Of a stretch of 39,222 nt of DNA, positions 1 to 8,044 are shown in pieces (positions within the stretch are counted from its first letter, which is position 1; every line of letters begins with the position of its first letter). Under the pieces are notes generated by a model. The model was not told the DNA's origin and ran no database searches. It worked only from the letters and a program-made list of their open reading frames with translations. The translations under genes and the position numbers were made by a program. Source of the stretch: a virus. Lineage: Duplodnaviria > Caudoviricetes. The stretch lies in the IMG/VR virus record IMGVR_UViG_3300042522_000042, positions 1 through 39,222 of that record. One strand, 5' to 3'.

Positions 1-11
1 CATTATTCTCC

Positions 12-794
12 TTAAACATTCTCTGGTATATCATCAATGAACATGTACTCAGGATTGAAAGCAACCCATGTCATGAGTCCTCCTCCTGCGTCAGCTCTAC
101 CGTATCTATTCTTAACAGGTGCAACACCCATAGAAGTACCAACAACGCCGAGGGTGCATATAAGAGCAGGAAGTTGAGCAACCTTACCCTGAATAGCCGA
201 CCGCGGTTGACACGGGCTACCTTGGACAGCCTCCGAAGTGTGGTGTAGTACAACCACTGCAGCGTTAGTCGCTCTCGCAAGATACTTCAACTCCTTCATG
301 ATTGCACGCATAGATGCAAACTCTTCACCACCATCGGTGGCTACATCCATTAAGTTATCTACTACAATTAAAGTTGGGGGACAACCCCATAGTTCTTCGA
401 ATGCTTGCACCTCTTCGTCAATATCTTGAAGTGTTGGTGCTGATTCAAATGACCAGACAATGTGTGCACCTTTAGCAAGTGTTGCCTTAGTCCAACCATG
501 GTCTGTATTCATCAATGCTTCAACGTCTGTCTGTGACTTACCTGAAATCATTGAGGCTAATCGCATAGCCATCGTATGTGCATTGGTATCTGCTGAGATA
601 TAAAGTGTTGGGACTTTCATCTTCAACGCTAAAGCCAGTGCTAGTGTTGACTTTCCGACTCCAGGTGCGGCTGCGAACATCGAAACCTCAGAGCGCCTAA
701 TGATAATCTTGTTACTTTCGAATGCCTTAAAGCAACTAGGGAGCGGTTCTCCACCAATACTGGAACGACCAACTGAGCGGACAAGTGTACGCAT
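12..794 (-). CDS. DnaB/RecA-fold replicative helicase (ATPase domain)
   Basis: Walker A AAPGVGKST, Walker B LIVVDNL, VVVLHH and KNRYG motifs of SF4 helicases. Confidence 0.85.
   Translation of the reverse strand: MRTLVRSVGRSSIGGEPLPSCFKAFESNKIIIRRSEVSMFAAAPGVGKSTLALALALKMKVPTLYISADTNAHTMAMRLASMISGKSQTDVEALMNTDHGWTKATLAKGAHIVWSFESAPTLQDIDEEVQAFEELWGCPPTLIVVDNLMDVATDGGEEFASMRAIMKELKYLARATNAAVVVLHHTSEAVQGSPCQPRSAIQGKVAQLPALICTLGVVGTSMGVAPVKNRYGRADAGGGLMTWVAFNPEYMFIDDIPENV
19..183. repeat. Terminal direct repeat, left copy (matches 39058..39222)
   Basis: 19..183 equals 39058..39222 except G57 vs A39096; 58..183 (126 nt) is exact, typical of a circular-assembly overlap. Confidence 0.95.
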
Positions 795-817
795 CCTGAT
801 TCATTCCCTTCTGTATA

Positions 818-866
818 GAAAGAACGCAGCCACTTCTGTGGTGTACGTCGGTAGCTGCGTTCCTTC
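818..866 (-). promoter_or_regulatory. 16-bp stem-loop between the 138-aa gene and the helicase (processing site or attenuator candidate)
   Basis: On the minus strand GAAGGAACGCAGCUAC pairs fully (two G-U) with GUGGCUGCGUUCUUUC. Confidence 0.55.
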
Positions 867-875
867 ATTAATGTT

Positions 876-1292
876 TTAGTTTACTGGCTTGCACTGGTCG
901 GGTGTCCCCTGTGGGGTTGGGCATGCCCAGAAAGCGTAAGGCTTTCCACTGGCTTTGCTCACTCCCTGTCGGAAGATTCTCGCTCCGTGTATGCACGTCG
1001 GGCTCGCTGTTCCTGATGGAGTTACCGCGCTTGGTGGAGGTGTAAGTGACGGACCCTGCCCCTGGCTGGGAGCGGAGGATGTGAATTGCGTAGTGCTTGG
1101 AGTTGAACTCGTGGTCCCCAAAGGGGCTGCGTTGTATGCACCGACAACCAATCGTTGTACGGCTGCTACTTGTGTTGAGTAATCACCGATGCCTTCTAGT
1201 AACACGCTGAGTTCATCAGCAGTATTAGCACGGATATTAATCATATCCCCAGCAGGTGTCTTGTAACTAACTTGTAGTTTCCATTCTTCCAT
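876..1292 (-). CDS. Replication-module protein with Pro/Ser/Thr linker and C-terminal Zn ribbon
   Basis: CIHG...FWACP...C motif after a low-complexity linker; lies between nuclease and helicase. Confidence 0.6.
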   Translation of the reverse strand: MEEWKLQVSYKTPAGDMINIRANTADELSVLLEGIGDYSTQVAAVQRLVVGAYNAAPLGTTSSTPSTTQFTSSAPSQGQGPSLTPPPSAVTPSGTASPTCIHGARIFRQGVSKASGKPYAFWACPTPQGTPDQCKPVN

Positions 1293-1295
1293 TTG

Positions 1296-1904
1296 TTATC
1301 CTATCTTCGTTGAGAACTGACAGTGTGCTGTCAATCCACATTTATATTGGCAGTTGTTTGTGTTCGGTAAAAATATTCCAGCCTTACGAGCCTTGTCAAA
1401 TCCTGCTACAAGGTACTCAAGTTTATCCTCTGTGTACTGCTCGAGGCTAACAAGAGGTGACACACCGTGCTGACGTGCCATCCAATAGGTCCCCCACTTA
1501 ACATCGATACCAAAGGTCTTTAATATACCGACCTTGTAGAATCCAAGTTGCAGTGTATTGGTTGGTGTTTGCTGAGAGGTTTTCAAGTCGACGATTACTA
1601 GTTCGCCATTGACTTCAAACACCCTATCAAGAATCATCTTGACTGGCACGCCAGCAAATTCAGGTAACATAGCCAACTCAACTGCTGGTGCACCTTGTGG
1701 TGTCTTCCACAACTTCCAGTCAGGGTTAGCCTTACGCCAATCGATGTATGCTTGGACCCATTGAGGTCCAGTCGATTGCCAGAAGGTGACATCTTCTTTG
1801 TTTGGGTTAGCCTTAGTAGCACGACCACCAACACGAGCATTGGTTAGGTCCTTGCCTTCAGCCTCTTGTGCCCAGGCTTTCGCCCATAGTTCACTATTCA
1901 GCAT
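1296..1904 (-). CDS. Cas4/RecB-like PD-(D/E)XK exonuclease, C-terminal catalytic part
   Basis: VELAM, ILDRV, IVDLKT, QLGFY motifs and C-terminal CQYKCGLTAHC. Confidence 0.85.
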   Translation of the reverse strand: MLNSELWAKAWAQEAEGKDLTNARVGGRATKANPNKEDVTFWQSTGPQWVQAYIDWRKANPDWKLWKTPQGAPAVELAMLPEFAGVPVKMILDRVFEVNGELVIVDLKTSQQTPTNTLQLGFYKVGILKTFGIDVKWGTYWMARQHGVSPLVSLEQYTEDKLEYLVAGFDKARKAGIFLPNTNNCQYKCGLTAHCQFSTKIG

Positions 1905-2085
1905 GTTCTAAGTCCCACAATTCTGTAGCTGTATGGAAGGCAGAACCTCCCACTGACCAGACTGATGGCTCCTCAGGTACCTGAAGCAATCGCCCTAGGT
2001 AGTACTGATATCCACAGTCAACGTATGTACTGAACGCTGAGTAACTCACGTGTTCAGGTAATTCGTAATCTCCAAGTTGAATCAT
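1894..2085 (-). CDS. Cas4/RecB-like exonuclease, N-terminal part
   Basis: SYSAFSTYVDCGYQYYL...GSAFH is the typical N-terminus of this family; ATG at 2085. Confidence 0.8.
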   Translation of the reverse strand: MIQLGDYELPEHVSYSAFSTYVDCGYQYYLGRLLQVPEEPSVWSVGGSAFHTATELWDLEHAE

Positions 2086-2091
2086 TCCCCA

Positions 2092-2120
2092 ACTATAACA
2101 CACTCAGGAATCAGTGCCAA
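2092..2120 (-). promoter_or_regulatory. Sigma70-type promoter, probably giving a leaderless transcript
   Basis: TTGGCA-17 nt-TATAGT with extended TGn; ATG begins 7 nt after the -10. Confidence 0.55.
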
Positions 2121-2160
2121 TAGGCATACCTGAGTCGCTTACTTACACGGTCAGATTCTA

Positions 2161-2236
2161 TGTGTATAATTAATATTAATATATAATAATATAAACCCCC
2201 GAAGGGGGTTATTATATATATAATATATATACTATA
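2161..2236. other. Almost pure A/T tract around a GC hairpin (origin or regulatory candidate)
   Basis: TAAACCCCC-GAA-GGGGGTTTA embedded in TATA-like runs at a divergent strand switch. Confidence 0.5.
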
Positions 2237-2245
2237 GGAGATACT

Positions 2246-2404
2246 ATGTTAGAAGTTTTCTTTGGAGTACTACTAGCCATCGCTGTACGTGATGTATATC
2301 TAGAACTGATTGAGCGATACAGGCAGTATCGATTCAAGCAGGACTTGAAGGCTATGGGTGACCTGCTTGAGGACATCGAAGCCGACGATGATGACATCAA
2401 GTAA
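2246..2404 (+). CDS. Small single-TM protein, 52 aa (not in ORF track)
   Basis: AGGAG RBS, then MLEVFFGVLLAIAVRDVYLELIERYRQYRFKQDLKAMGDLLEDIEADDDDIK. Confidence 0.7.
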   Translation: MLEVFFGVLLAIAVRDVYLELIERYRQYRFKQDLKAMGDLLEDIEADDDDIK

Positions 2405-2418
2405 CATTTAGAAACGAC

Positions 2419-2466
2419 AAAAGACCCCCCAACCTAGGGTGAATACCTTAGGAAGGGGGGTTTCTT
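2419..2466. terminator. Probable bidirectional terminator between convergent genes
   Basis: CCCCC-AA-CCTAGGGT...ACCTTAGG-AA-GGGGGG stem with A run before and T run after. Confidence 0.6.
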
Positions 2467-2498
2467 GTTGCTATAGGCCTGCTAGGGCCCTTAAATGG

Positions 2499-2690
2499 TT
2501 ACTCTGAGCCTTTGCCGTAGGCAGTCTCTTTAGAGTCTAGAGCCTTTAGGATAGGTGCAGCAAGTGATGCGAGGAATGCTGAACCTAATGCCTTAGGGTC
2601 TGTGATTCCTGCGATGTACATTGCTAGCACAGATGCGAAAGCTGCACGTAGGTATGTGCCTGCGATAGCAACTAGTTTCTCTGTATTCAT
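2499..2690 (-). CDS. Holin-like membrane protein
   Basis: 63 aa, two hydrophobic helices, directly after endolysin. Confidence 0.7.
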   Translation of the reverse strand: MNTEKLVAIAGTYLRAAFASVLAMYIAGITDPKALGSAFLASLAAPILKALDSKETAYGKGSE

Positions 2691-2699
2691 AAGTCCTCC

Positions 2700-3209
2700 T
2701 TAGGACGTAGGATTTGACGCATGGACTTTGCAACAAGTGCAAACTTCAGTCTTATACGTTTTCTTGCTTGGCGATGGTGTGAGTACCGCCTTCACCTGAT
2801 TGATTACCTTAGGCTGATTAAGCCACCAGAACCAAGGTGAAGTATCATTGCCCGCCCCATCATTGATTGAAATGTGTAGGTGCTTATTGTGCTTGTTGCT
2901 ACCTGTGTATTCACGGTCGCCTTCTTTTGCACGCTCTGCTGACCAAATCTTTCCCTTAAAAATCAGGTACTTGACTCGCTTGTCTTCCTTTAGTTTCTGG
3001 AAGATGTCGACGCAGTCGATGCCATTCTTAGGGTCATGAGTTAAATCTACAGCAAGACCTGTGTTATGGTCGCTGGTTGGACTCTGTGCCTGATGTGCTT
3101 TCGACGGCAGAAGTCCATCGGATACTTTCAAACGAGAGGGCGCTATCGCTGTGGCTTGTCGAAGGACAGCAGTAGCGGCAGGTGTGGCTTTCTTGACAAC
3201 AATTTTCAT
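2700..3209 (-). CDS. Endolysin, M15-like Zn peptidase
   Basis: SDHNTGLAVD (SxHxxGxAxD) and HLHIS motifs; flanked by membrane proteins. Confidence 0.75.
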   Translation of the reverse strand: MKIVVKKATPAATAVLRQATAIAPSRLKVSDGLLPSKAHQAQSPTSDHNTGLAVDLTHDPKNGIDCVDIFQKLKEDKRVKYLIFKGKIWSAERAKEGDREYTGSNKHNKHLHISINDGAGNDTSPWFWWLNQPKVINQVKAVLTPSPSKKTYKTEVCTCCKVHASNPTS

Positions 3210-3412
3210 TCATTCTTCCCTCGCTGTAACATCATCTGATATAGGATTTCTACTTTTTCTTCCAGTCTAATGACGGAATCTTTAAGGCTTGAGCCTGAGT
3301 TAGGCTTGAGTTCGTTGAGGTAGTGCTTGACTAGCCACTTAACGGCACCAACAAAGCCACCTATAATTGTCAATACTGCAACGGCTACCGTTGCGTAGTC
3401 TTGTGCTTGCAT
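3206..3412 (-). CDS. Single-TM lysis-module membrane protein
   Basis: N-terminal hydrophobic helix then LKPNSGSSLKD and coiled coil. Confidence 0.65.
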   Translation of the reverse strand: MQAQDYATVAVAVLTIIGGFVGAVKWLVKHYLNELKPNSGSSLKDSVIRLEEKVEILYQMMLQRGKNE

Positions 3413-5637
3413 TAGACTGTCCTAATCGTGATATCAATGACACCACCATATCCCGTGAAGCCACGGTCTGGAGGCGTGAGGCGGGTGAAAGAGATTTGTT
3501 CAATGACAGCCTGGCGTGACTCACCTGTGGTTAAGTCTTGCCATGTTACAACGTCACCATTTTCCTCAATGGATTCTAGTTGGGCAATTCTATCGAAGGC
3601 TCTACCTTCATACCCTACCTGTACGTTGTATCGGTCTGTCTCCACGTCATAGCAATAGACGGGGAATCTCATTACTCGTTGGCGAGGCGTAGCGATAGTC
3701 GCCTTAGCCTGGTAGCCCTTCATGATTGGTCCCTTAGTAGCATCAGTACCATCACGATATAGAATAAACTTGTAAGCCAGGTACTCCTGTGCTTCTTGTG
3801 GGTTAGATGTAGTTACTTCTACTGGTGGGACAGATGCATCGTATGCAACCACGTCGTACTCAGTGCCGTCAGCGGTAACTGTTTCAAGGGTCATAGACCC
3901 ATACTCAAAATCACCACGCGCAACAAGGCGCTTGAAGTTCTTAGGCTCTAGCGTATTGTATCTGATGTAACCTGTTGTTAGGTACCCATTTGTCATTAAA
4001 TCAGCATCATCTTCGATGTATGTTGAGCCAGGAGTTGCTGCTATAGCGGTAGCAGAAGTTACTGCAGTTGATGTAACTGTTGCAGTCACTGCACTTGTAT
4101 AAGTAAATGTTGAAGTAGTTGCGCTGGATACTGTCCATGGGCCAGTGGTTGAGTTGAAGTTAGAGTCAACGCCTTCTACCCATACTGAACTACCAGCGGT
4201 CAGACCATGTGCAGATGCAGTTGTAAGTGTTGCCACACCTGATGTCATAGCCTTGTTGGTGATTGTTCCACCAACTGTTAGGGCAGTAGAAGAAAATACT
4301 AGTTGGTCAGTCTCACCTGCAAATGCACAGGCAGTAGTTACTCGACCAGAGATACCACCGTAGTATATATCATTTGCGTAAGCAAATCGAAGTGGTGATA
4401 CTTCAGTACTTAAATCAATACGGATAACACCAGGTTCTCCAGCTACGCCAGTAGCACACCATACATAGTGGTCACGTGCAGCAAAGTCATAGACTGTCTG
4501 AGATGTTTCTATAATCAATGGGCCGTAGTTAATTGAACCATCTTGGTCAGAGACAGTTGCAACTCTGATACCCTTGTTAGTTCCGATAACCATATAACCT
4601 AAGTAGTAATAGATTCTATGAATGACTTCACCTACTGGCATTTCTGCTGCAGTGATTCCACTTGTAAGTGTTGGCATAACACCAGCAGTACTTAGTGTAA
4701 ATTTAAGAATAGATGATTGGATTCCGCTGTAACCTGTTACGTAAATAGCTGGACCAGAAGCGGTAATGCTTGTGAATGTAATATCAGTATCGCTATGTGT
4801 ATATACAGGAGATGGAAGAGTAGATGCCGATGTTGGTATTTCATATATCTTATTATTAATACACATAACAATACGGTCTTTAACATATTCCATTACTGCA
4901 TTAGTCACGGTAACACCATTATCGCTAATCATAAGAGTATCACCAGAGCCAGAAACTCCAGTTAGCAATTTCTTATATATGCGTAATCTTGGAGTTCCGC
5001 TAGCCAAAACATTGGTAATCCAATAAGCATAGGTTCCGTCATCACATATAGCGTGAACTGGATAGTCGGTTCCAGCAACATAATCAATAAAGTGAGTAAC
5101 AGTACCAGCAGTAGTAATCTTATCAACATCATACTGGTCTCTAAGTAAGACACCATCATTGCCACTCCACTGAATTGAGCGAAGGTGTTGATTAGGTCGA
5201 CCCCGAGAGTCTACGCTACCTGTAGTAACGTGCCCCACATTAACATTGTTAAGTAGAGTTACCTCGCCTTGCTCCCAAACATTTACACCCTTGCTATCGG
5301 CAAAGCGAAAATGCTCAGGTGAGTTAGATGCTGTTTGTGCTGGGTCATAGAAAGTTATACCGTCCCCTGCGTGAAAAGATTGCTGGCTACGAATCCACCA
5401 TCCCGTAAGTGATTGCTCACCTGGTTCAGTCTGATTGTCAAACTGTTCCTTACGGAACGGTGCAGTCTGTCGGATATAAGGGCGTGCGTCATTGATTGCA
5501 TAGATGAATGGCATACCGCCAAGAGCGGTATCATATGCCACATCAGTGTTTTGCCAGATAGCAGATGTAGCAACTACACCTACGTCAACAGCAATAGCTC
5601 GCGTTGCACGACCTTCGGTAATATCACGACCAGCCAC
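3412..5637 (-). CDS. Tail protein (nozzle / tail tubular B-like, beta-rich)
   Basis: 741 aa beta-strand-rich protein at the end of the tail module. Confidence 0.6.
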   Translation of the reverse strand: MAGRDITEGRATRAIAVDVGVVATSAIWQNTDVAYDTALGGMPFIYAINDARPYIRQTAPFRKEQFDNQTEPGEQSLTGWWIRSQQSFHAGDGITFYDPAQTASNSPEHFRFADSKGVNVWEQGEVTLLNNVNVGHVTTGSVDSRGRPNQHLRSIQWSGNDGVLLRDQYDVDKITTAGTVTHFIDYVAGTDYPVHAICDDGTYAYWITNVLASGTPRLRIYKKLLTGVSGSGDTLMISDNGVTVTNAVMEYVKDRIVMCINNKIYEIPTSASTLPSPVYTHSDTDITFTSITASGPAIYVTGYSGIQSSILKFTLSTAGVMPTLTSGITAAEMPVGEVIHRIYYYLGYMVIGTNKGIRVATVSDQDGSINYGPLIIETSQTVYDFAARDHYVWCATGVAGEPGVIRIDLSTEVSPLRFAYANDIYYGGISGRVTTACAFAGETDQLVFSSTALTVGGTITNKAMTSGVATLTTASAHGLTAGSSVWVEGVDSNFNSTTGPWTVSSATTSTFTYTSAVTATVTSTAVTSATAIAATPGSTYIEDDADLMTNGYLTTGYIRYNTLEPKNFKRLVARGDFEYGSMTLETVTADGTEYDVVAYDASVPPVEVTTSNPQEAQEYLAYKFILYRDGTDATKGPIMKGYQAKATIATPRQRVMRFPVYCYDVETDRYNVQVGYEGRAFDRIAQLESIEENGDVVTWQDLTTGESRQAVIEQISFTRLTPPDRGFTGYGGVIDITIRTV

Positions 5638-5646
5638 GTAGACTCC

Positions 5647-6366
5647 TTAGCCTTGTTGTTGTGCTTTTTGTTTAATCATATCTAATGTCCAGTACATATC
5701 ATAGTAACTAGCATCAAGCGAGAATCGCTTTATGTGTCGTACTAATGCACCAGTGTGTGCGTGCAGAGGAATACCTGCTGCTTGCATCTTGCGGAAGAAG
5801 ACAATGTCTTCACCTACATACTTGTCGCCAACGTTTTCTTGTTCAGCAAACATTGACTGGTCTGGAAACTTCTCGCGCATAGGCGCGATGATTGACTTGT
5901 GCATCAGAACAAATCCAAACCCTGCACTATCGACCTTAATCAGTTCATTAGGTGGTAGTGGGTGCACATGCTGAATACTGAACTCATCAACATCAAAGAA
6001 CAATGCTGGATATGGCTTAGCCAATGTACCTTCATTTTCCTTAGAGATGAAGTACGTACCACTAACGACTGGCTTACCAATCTTGTCAGCAGCATCCCAT
6101 AACTTTGTCACTACGTCAATATTGATTACGATATCTGAGTCAACCCATAGCAGCCAGTCACTCTTGATATGGTCAGCCCAATAGTCAAACAGAACCTGAC
6201 GTTGTCTACCAATCTGGTTACCTTGTACTCGCATGCTATGGGTCAGTTCAATGCCATTGTTAGCGCACTGTAGTGCTACGCTAACGACACCTTCTGTGAA
6301 CTTACCATCAGTGTTACCGTTGTCACACCAGCCAATTGCTAGTGTTCCCTTATTTACTTTAGCCAT
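5647..6366 (-). CDS. GT-A fold (GT2-like) glycosyltransferase
   Basis: WLLWVDSD (DxD), VVSGTY, AGFGFVLM and GEDIVFF motifs. Confidence 0.75.
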   Translation of the reverse strand: MAKVNKGTLAIGWCDNGNTDGKFTEGVVSVALQCANNGIELTHSMRVQGNQIGRQRQVLFDYWADHIKSDWLLWVDSDIVINIDVVTKLWDAADKIGKPVVSGTYFISKENEGTLAKPYPALFFDVDEFSIQHVHPLPPNELIKVDSAGFGFVLMHKSIIAPMREKFPDQSMFAEQENVGDKYVGEDIVFFRKMQAAGIPLHAHTGALVRHIKRFSLDASYYDMYWTLDMIKQKAQQQG

Positions 6367-6403
6367 TATGTCCCCTTATGTTGTGGCAAATTGCCCATAT
6401 ACT

Positions 6404-6431
6404 ATTATGGCATACCTTGTTAAATAGGCAA
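6404..6431 (-). promoter_or_regulatory. Possible internal promoter for the glycosyltransferase
   Basis: TTGCCT-16 nt-CATAAT with TGn, followed by AAGGGG RBS. Confidence 0.45.
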
Positions 6432-6433
6432 AC

Positions 6434-6568
6434 CTACTCAGGCAGAATCGGTGTGGATTGTTCCATCTGGTCTGGAGTCCAAGTTGCCCTGACCTCTTGC
6501 CAGTGAGTATCGCAATAACCCATAGACATCATTTGACTGGAACAAAGTTTACAATGATGTTGAGTCAT
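6434..6568 (-). CDS. Small Cys/His protein, 44 aa (not in ORF track)
   Basis: MTQHHCKLCSSQMMSMGYCDTHWQEVRATWTPDQMEQSTPILPE; overlaps the end of the upstream small ORF. Confidence 0.4.
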   Translation of the reverse strand: MTQHHCKLCSSQMMSMGYCDTHWQEVRATWTPDQMEQSTPILPE

Positions 6569-6701
6569 TGGATAGTTCCGCTTGCATAGCGTCATAGGTT
6601 GATTTCAGCATTGAAGTAAATTCTCCGTTGCCTCTGTCAATAATAGCGTGAGTCTCTGTGACTCCCATTGATTCGACTTCTATAAAGGTTACATTTTCCA
6701 T
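6549..6701 (-). CDS. Small tail-fibre-associated protein, 50 aa (not in ORF track)
   Basis: AGGAG RBS; MENVTFIEVESMGVTETHAIIDRGNGEFTSMLKSTYDAMQAELSNDSTSL. Confidence 0.65.
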   Translation of the reverse strand: MENVTFIEVESMGVTETHAIIDRGNGEFTSMLKSTYDAMQAELSNDSTSL

Positions 6702-6710
6702 TGTCATCTC

Positions 6711-7826
6711 CTAAAGTTCCGCGCTAAAACCAAGATAACCCGCTGTCGAGTTATTGTTGAGAACTTGATAATACCTAAACTGAGTAAGTCCACCAGCAGT
6801 TGACGTATTAAGTATTGTTGCAGATTTTGTGTTATTAGCCAAAGTCAATGCTGTTATTGCAAAAGGCGCATTAACCGAGTCACTAAGTCCTAAATTAGAA
6901 AACTCAATTGAAGTTGGTGCAACACGCATTGTTACAGGATACTGAAAGATACCTTGAAAATCTGCTGCTGATGCTGCTATACCTTGCGCGTGAGGTGAAT
7001 ACGCTGCCGTTCCTGATGAACGATAGTAGTAACGTTGACAAGCGGCTAATTCTCCTTGGATTGTTCCTGTTGCAGTTTGGAAAGCGGTAGCAACGGAACC
7101 TGCTTCTAACTGTACGCCCCAGAAATCTATTGTTTGTGAACCAGTTAGACTGCTTGAGGCGAATACAGCATTGAGATAATTACCTGCGCCAATTGTTTTA
7201 CCAGAAATACTAGGAACACTTACTGTTGCAGTAAATCTTTGCCAAGATGTTGTAACGCTATGACTGCCAGCACCAGTTGAAACTGCACTTGAACCACCTG
7301 AACCAAAGTTTTGTACCAATGTACCGCTTAAAGTGGTGTTAGCACTTGCCTTAGCCCAGAAAGAAAGTGTTGCAGTTTGACCCGCAAATGTCTGGACTCC
7401 TTCAATTCTTTGTCCAAACTCTACATAAGTGACAGTTGAACCTGCGGTGTATCGAGCAAAATATTCACCTTCGTAACCCGCTACAGGTGCTGTGCCTGGT
7501 GTAAAAGTTTGACGAGCAACAGTTGATGAACCCGCGCTAAAACTTGTGTAAATGTACCATCGGTCAGTTGTGTAAGCAGTTGTGTTATTTGTCAATGTAA
7601 TACTTGTACCGCGTTGCCAGATACCAAAATCTCCGTTAATGATTTTATTCTTACCTGCTGCAAAGTTGCCTTGATAGCGCAAGCCTGTCGAAGTGGAACT
7701 ATCTGCTACGAGAGTTTCCCCATCGTTGCCCACGGCTACCCTAGCCTGGGTAGTGGAGTAACCGAATAGGTCACCCTTTGCTGTTAACGGCGAGTTAGCC
7801 GTTGTTGGAACTCTACCTGTAGCCAT
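6711..7826 (-). CDS. Tail fibre / receptor-binding protein with carbohydrate-binding-like domain
   Basis: LTAKGDL anchor, KNKIINGDFGIWQRG, GVQLEAGSVATAF, ELAACQRYY motifs typical of phage fibres. Confidence 0.75.
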   Translation of the reverse strand: MATGRVPTTANSPLTAKGDLFGYSTTQARVAVGNDGETLVADSSTSTGLRYQGNFAAGKNKIINGDFGIWQRGTSITLTNNTTAYTTDRWYIYTSFSAGSSTVARQTFTPGTAPVAGYEGEYFARYTAGSTVTYVEFGQRIEGVQTFAGQTATLSFWAKASANTTLSGTLVQNFGSGGSSAVSTGAGSHSVTTSWQRFTATVSVPSISGKTIGAGNYLNAVFASSSLTGSQTIDFWGVQLEAGSVATAFQTATGTIQGELAACQRYYYRSSGTAAYSPHAQGIAASAADFQGIFQYPVTMRVAPTSIEFSNLGLSDSVNAPFAITALTLANNTKSATILNTSTAGGLTQFRYYQVLNNNSTAGYLGFSAEL

Positions 7827-8044
7827 TAGTTGCCTCCTATGAGCAGTGCTGCTTCTTCTTCTGTGATACCTAAACGATTTAGCAAATTTGCTTTAGCAGT
7901 CGCCTTAGCCAAAGTTTCGGCTGCGCGAGCAGATTCATTTACTTTTGCTAATTCTTCACGTTCTGCAATTTCTTCTTGGGTAAGTTCTATAATCAGTTCT
8001 TTTCCAGTAATTGCATCAAGTTCTCTACGATTTAGTTTTTCCAT
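7826..8044 (-). CDS. Small tail-fibre chaperone-like protein
   Basis: Helical 72 aa ending LLNRLGITEEEAALL, coupled to a fibre gene. Confidence 0.6.
   Translation of the reverse strand: MEKLNRRELDAITGKELIIELTQEEIAEREELAKVNESARAAETLAKATAKANLLNRLGITEEEAALLIGGN

Noticed and set aside
2212-2400. 62-aa minus-strand ORF
   Set aside because: Shadow of the better supported plus-strand gene 2246..2404
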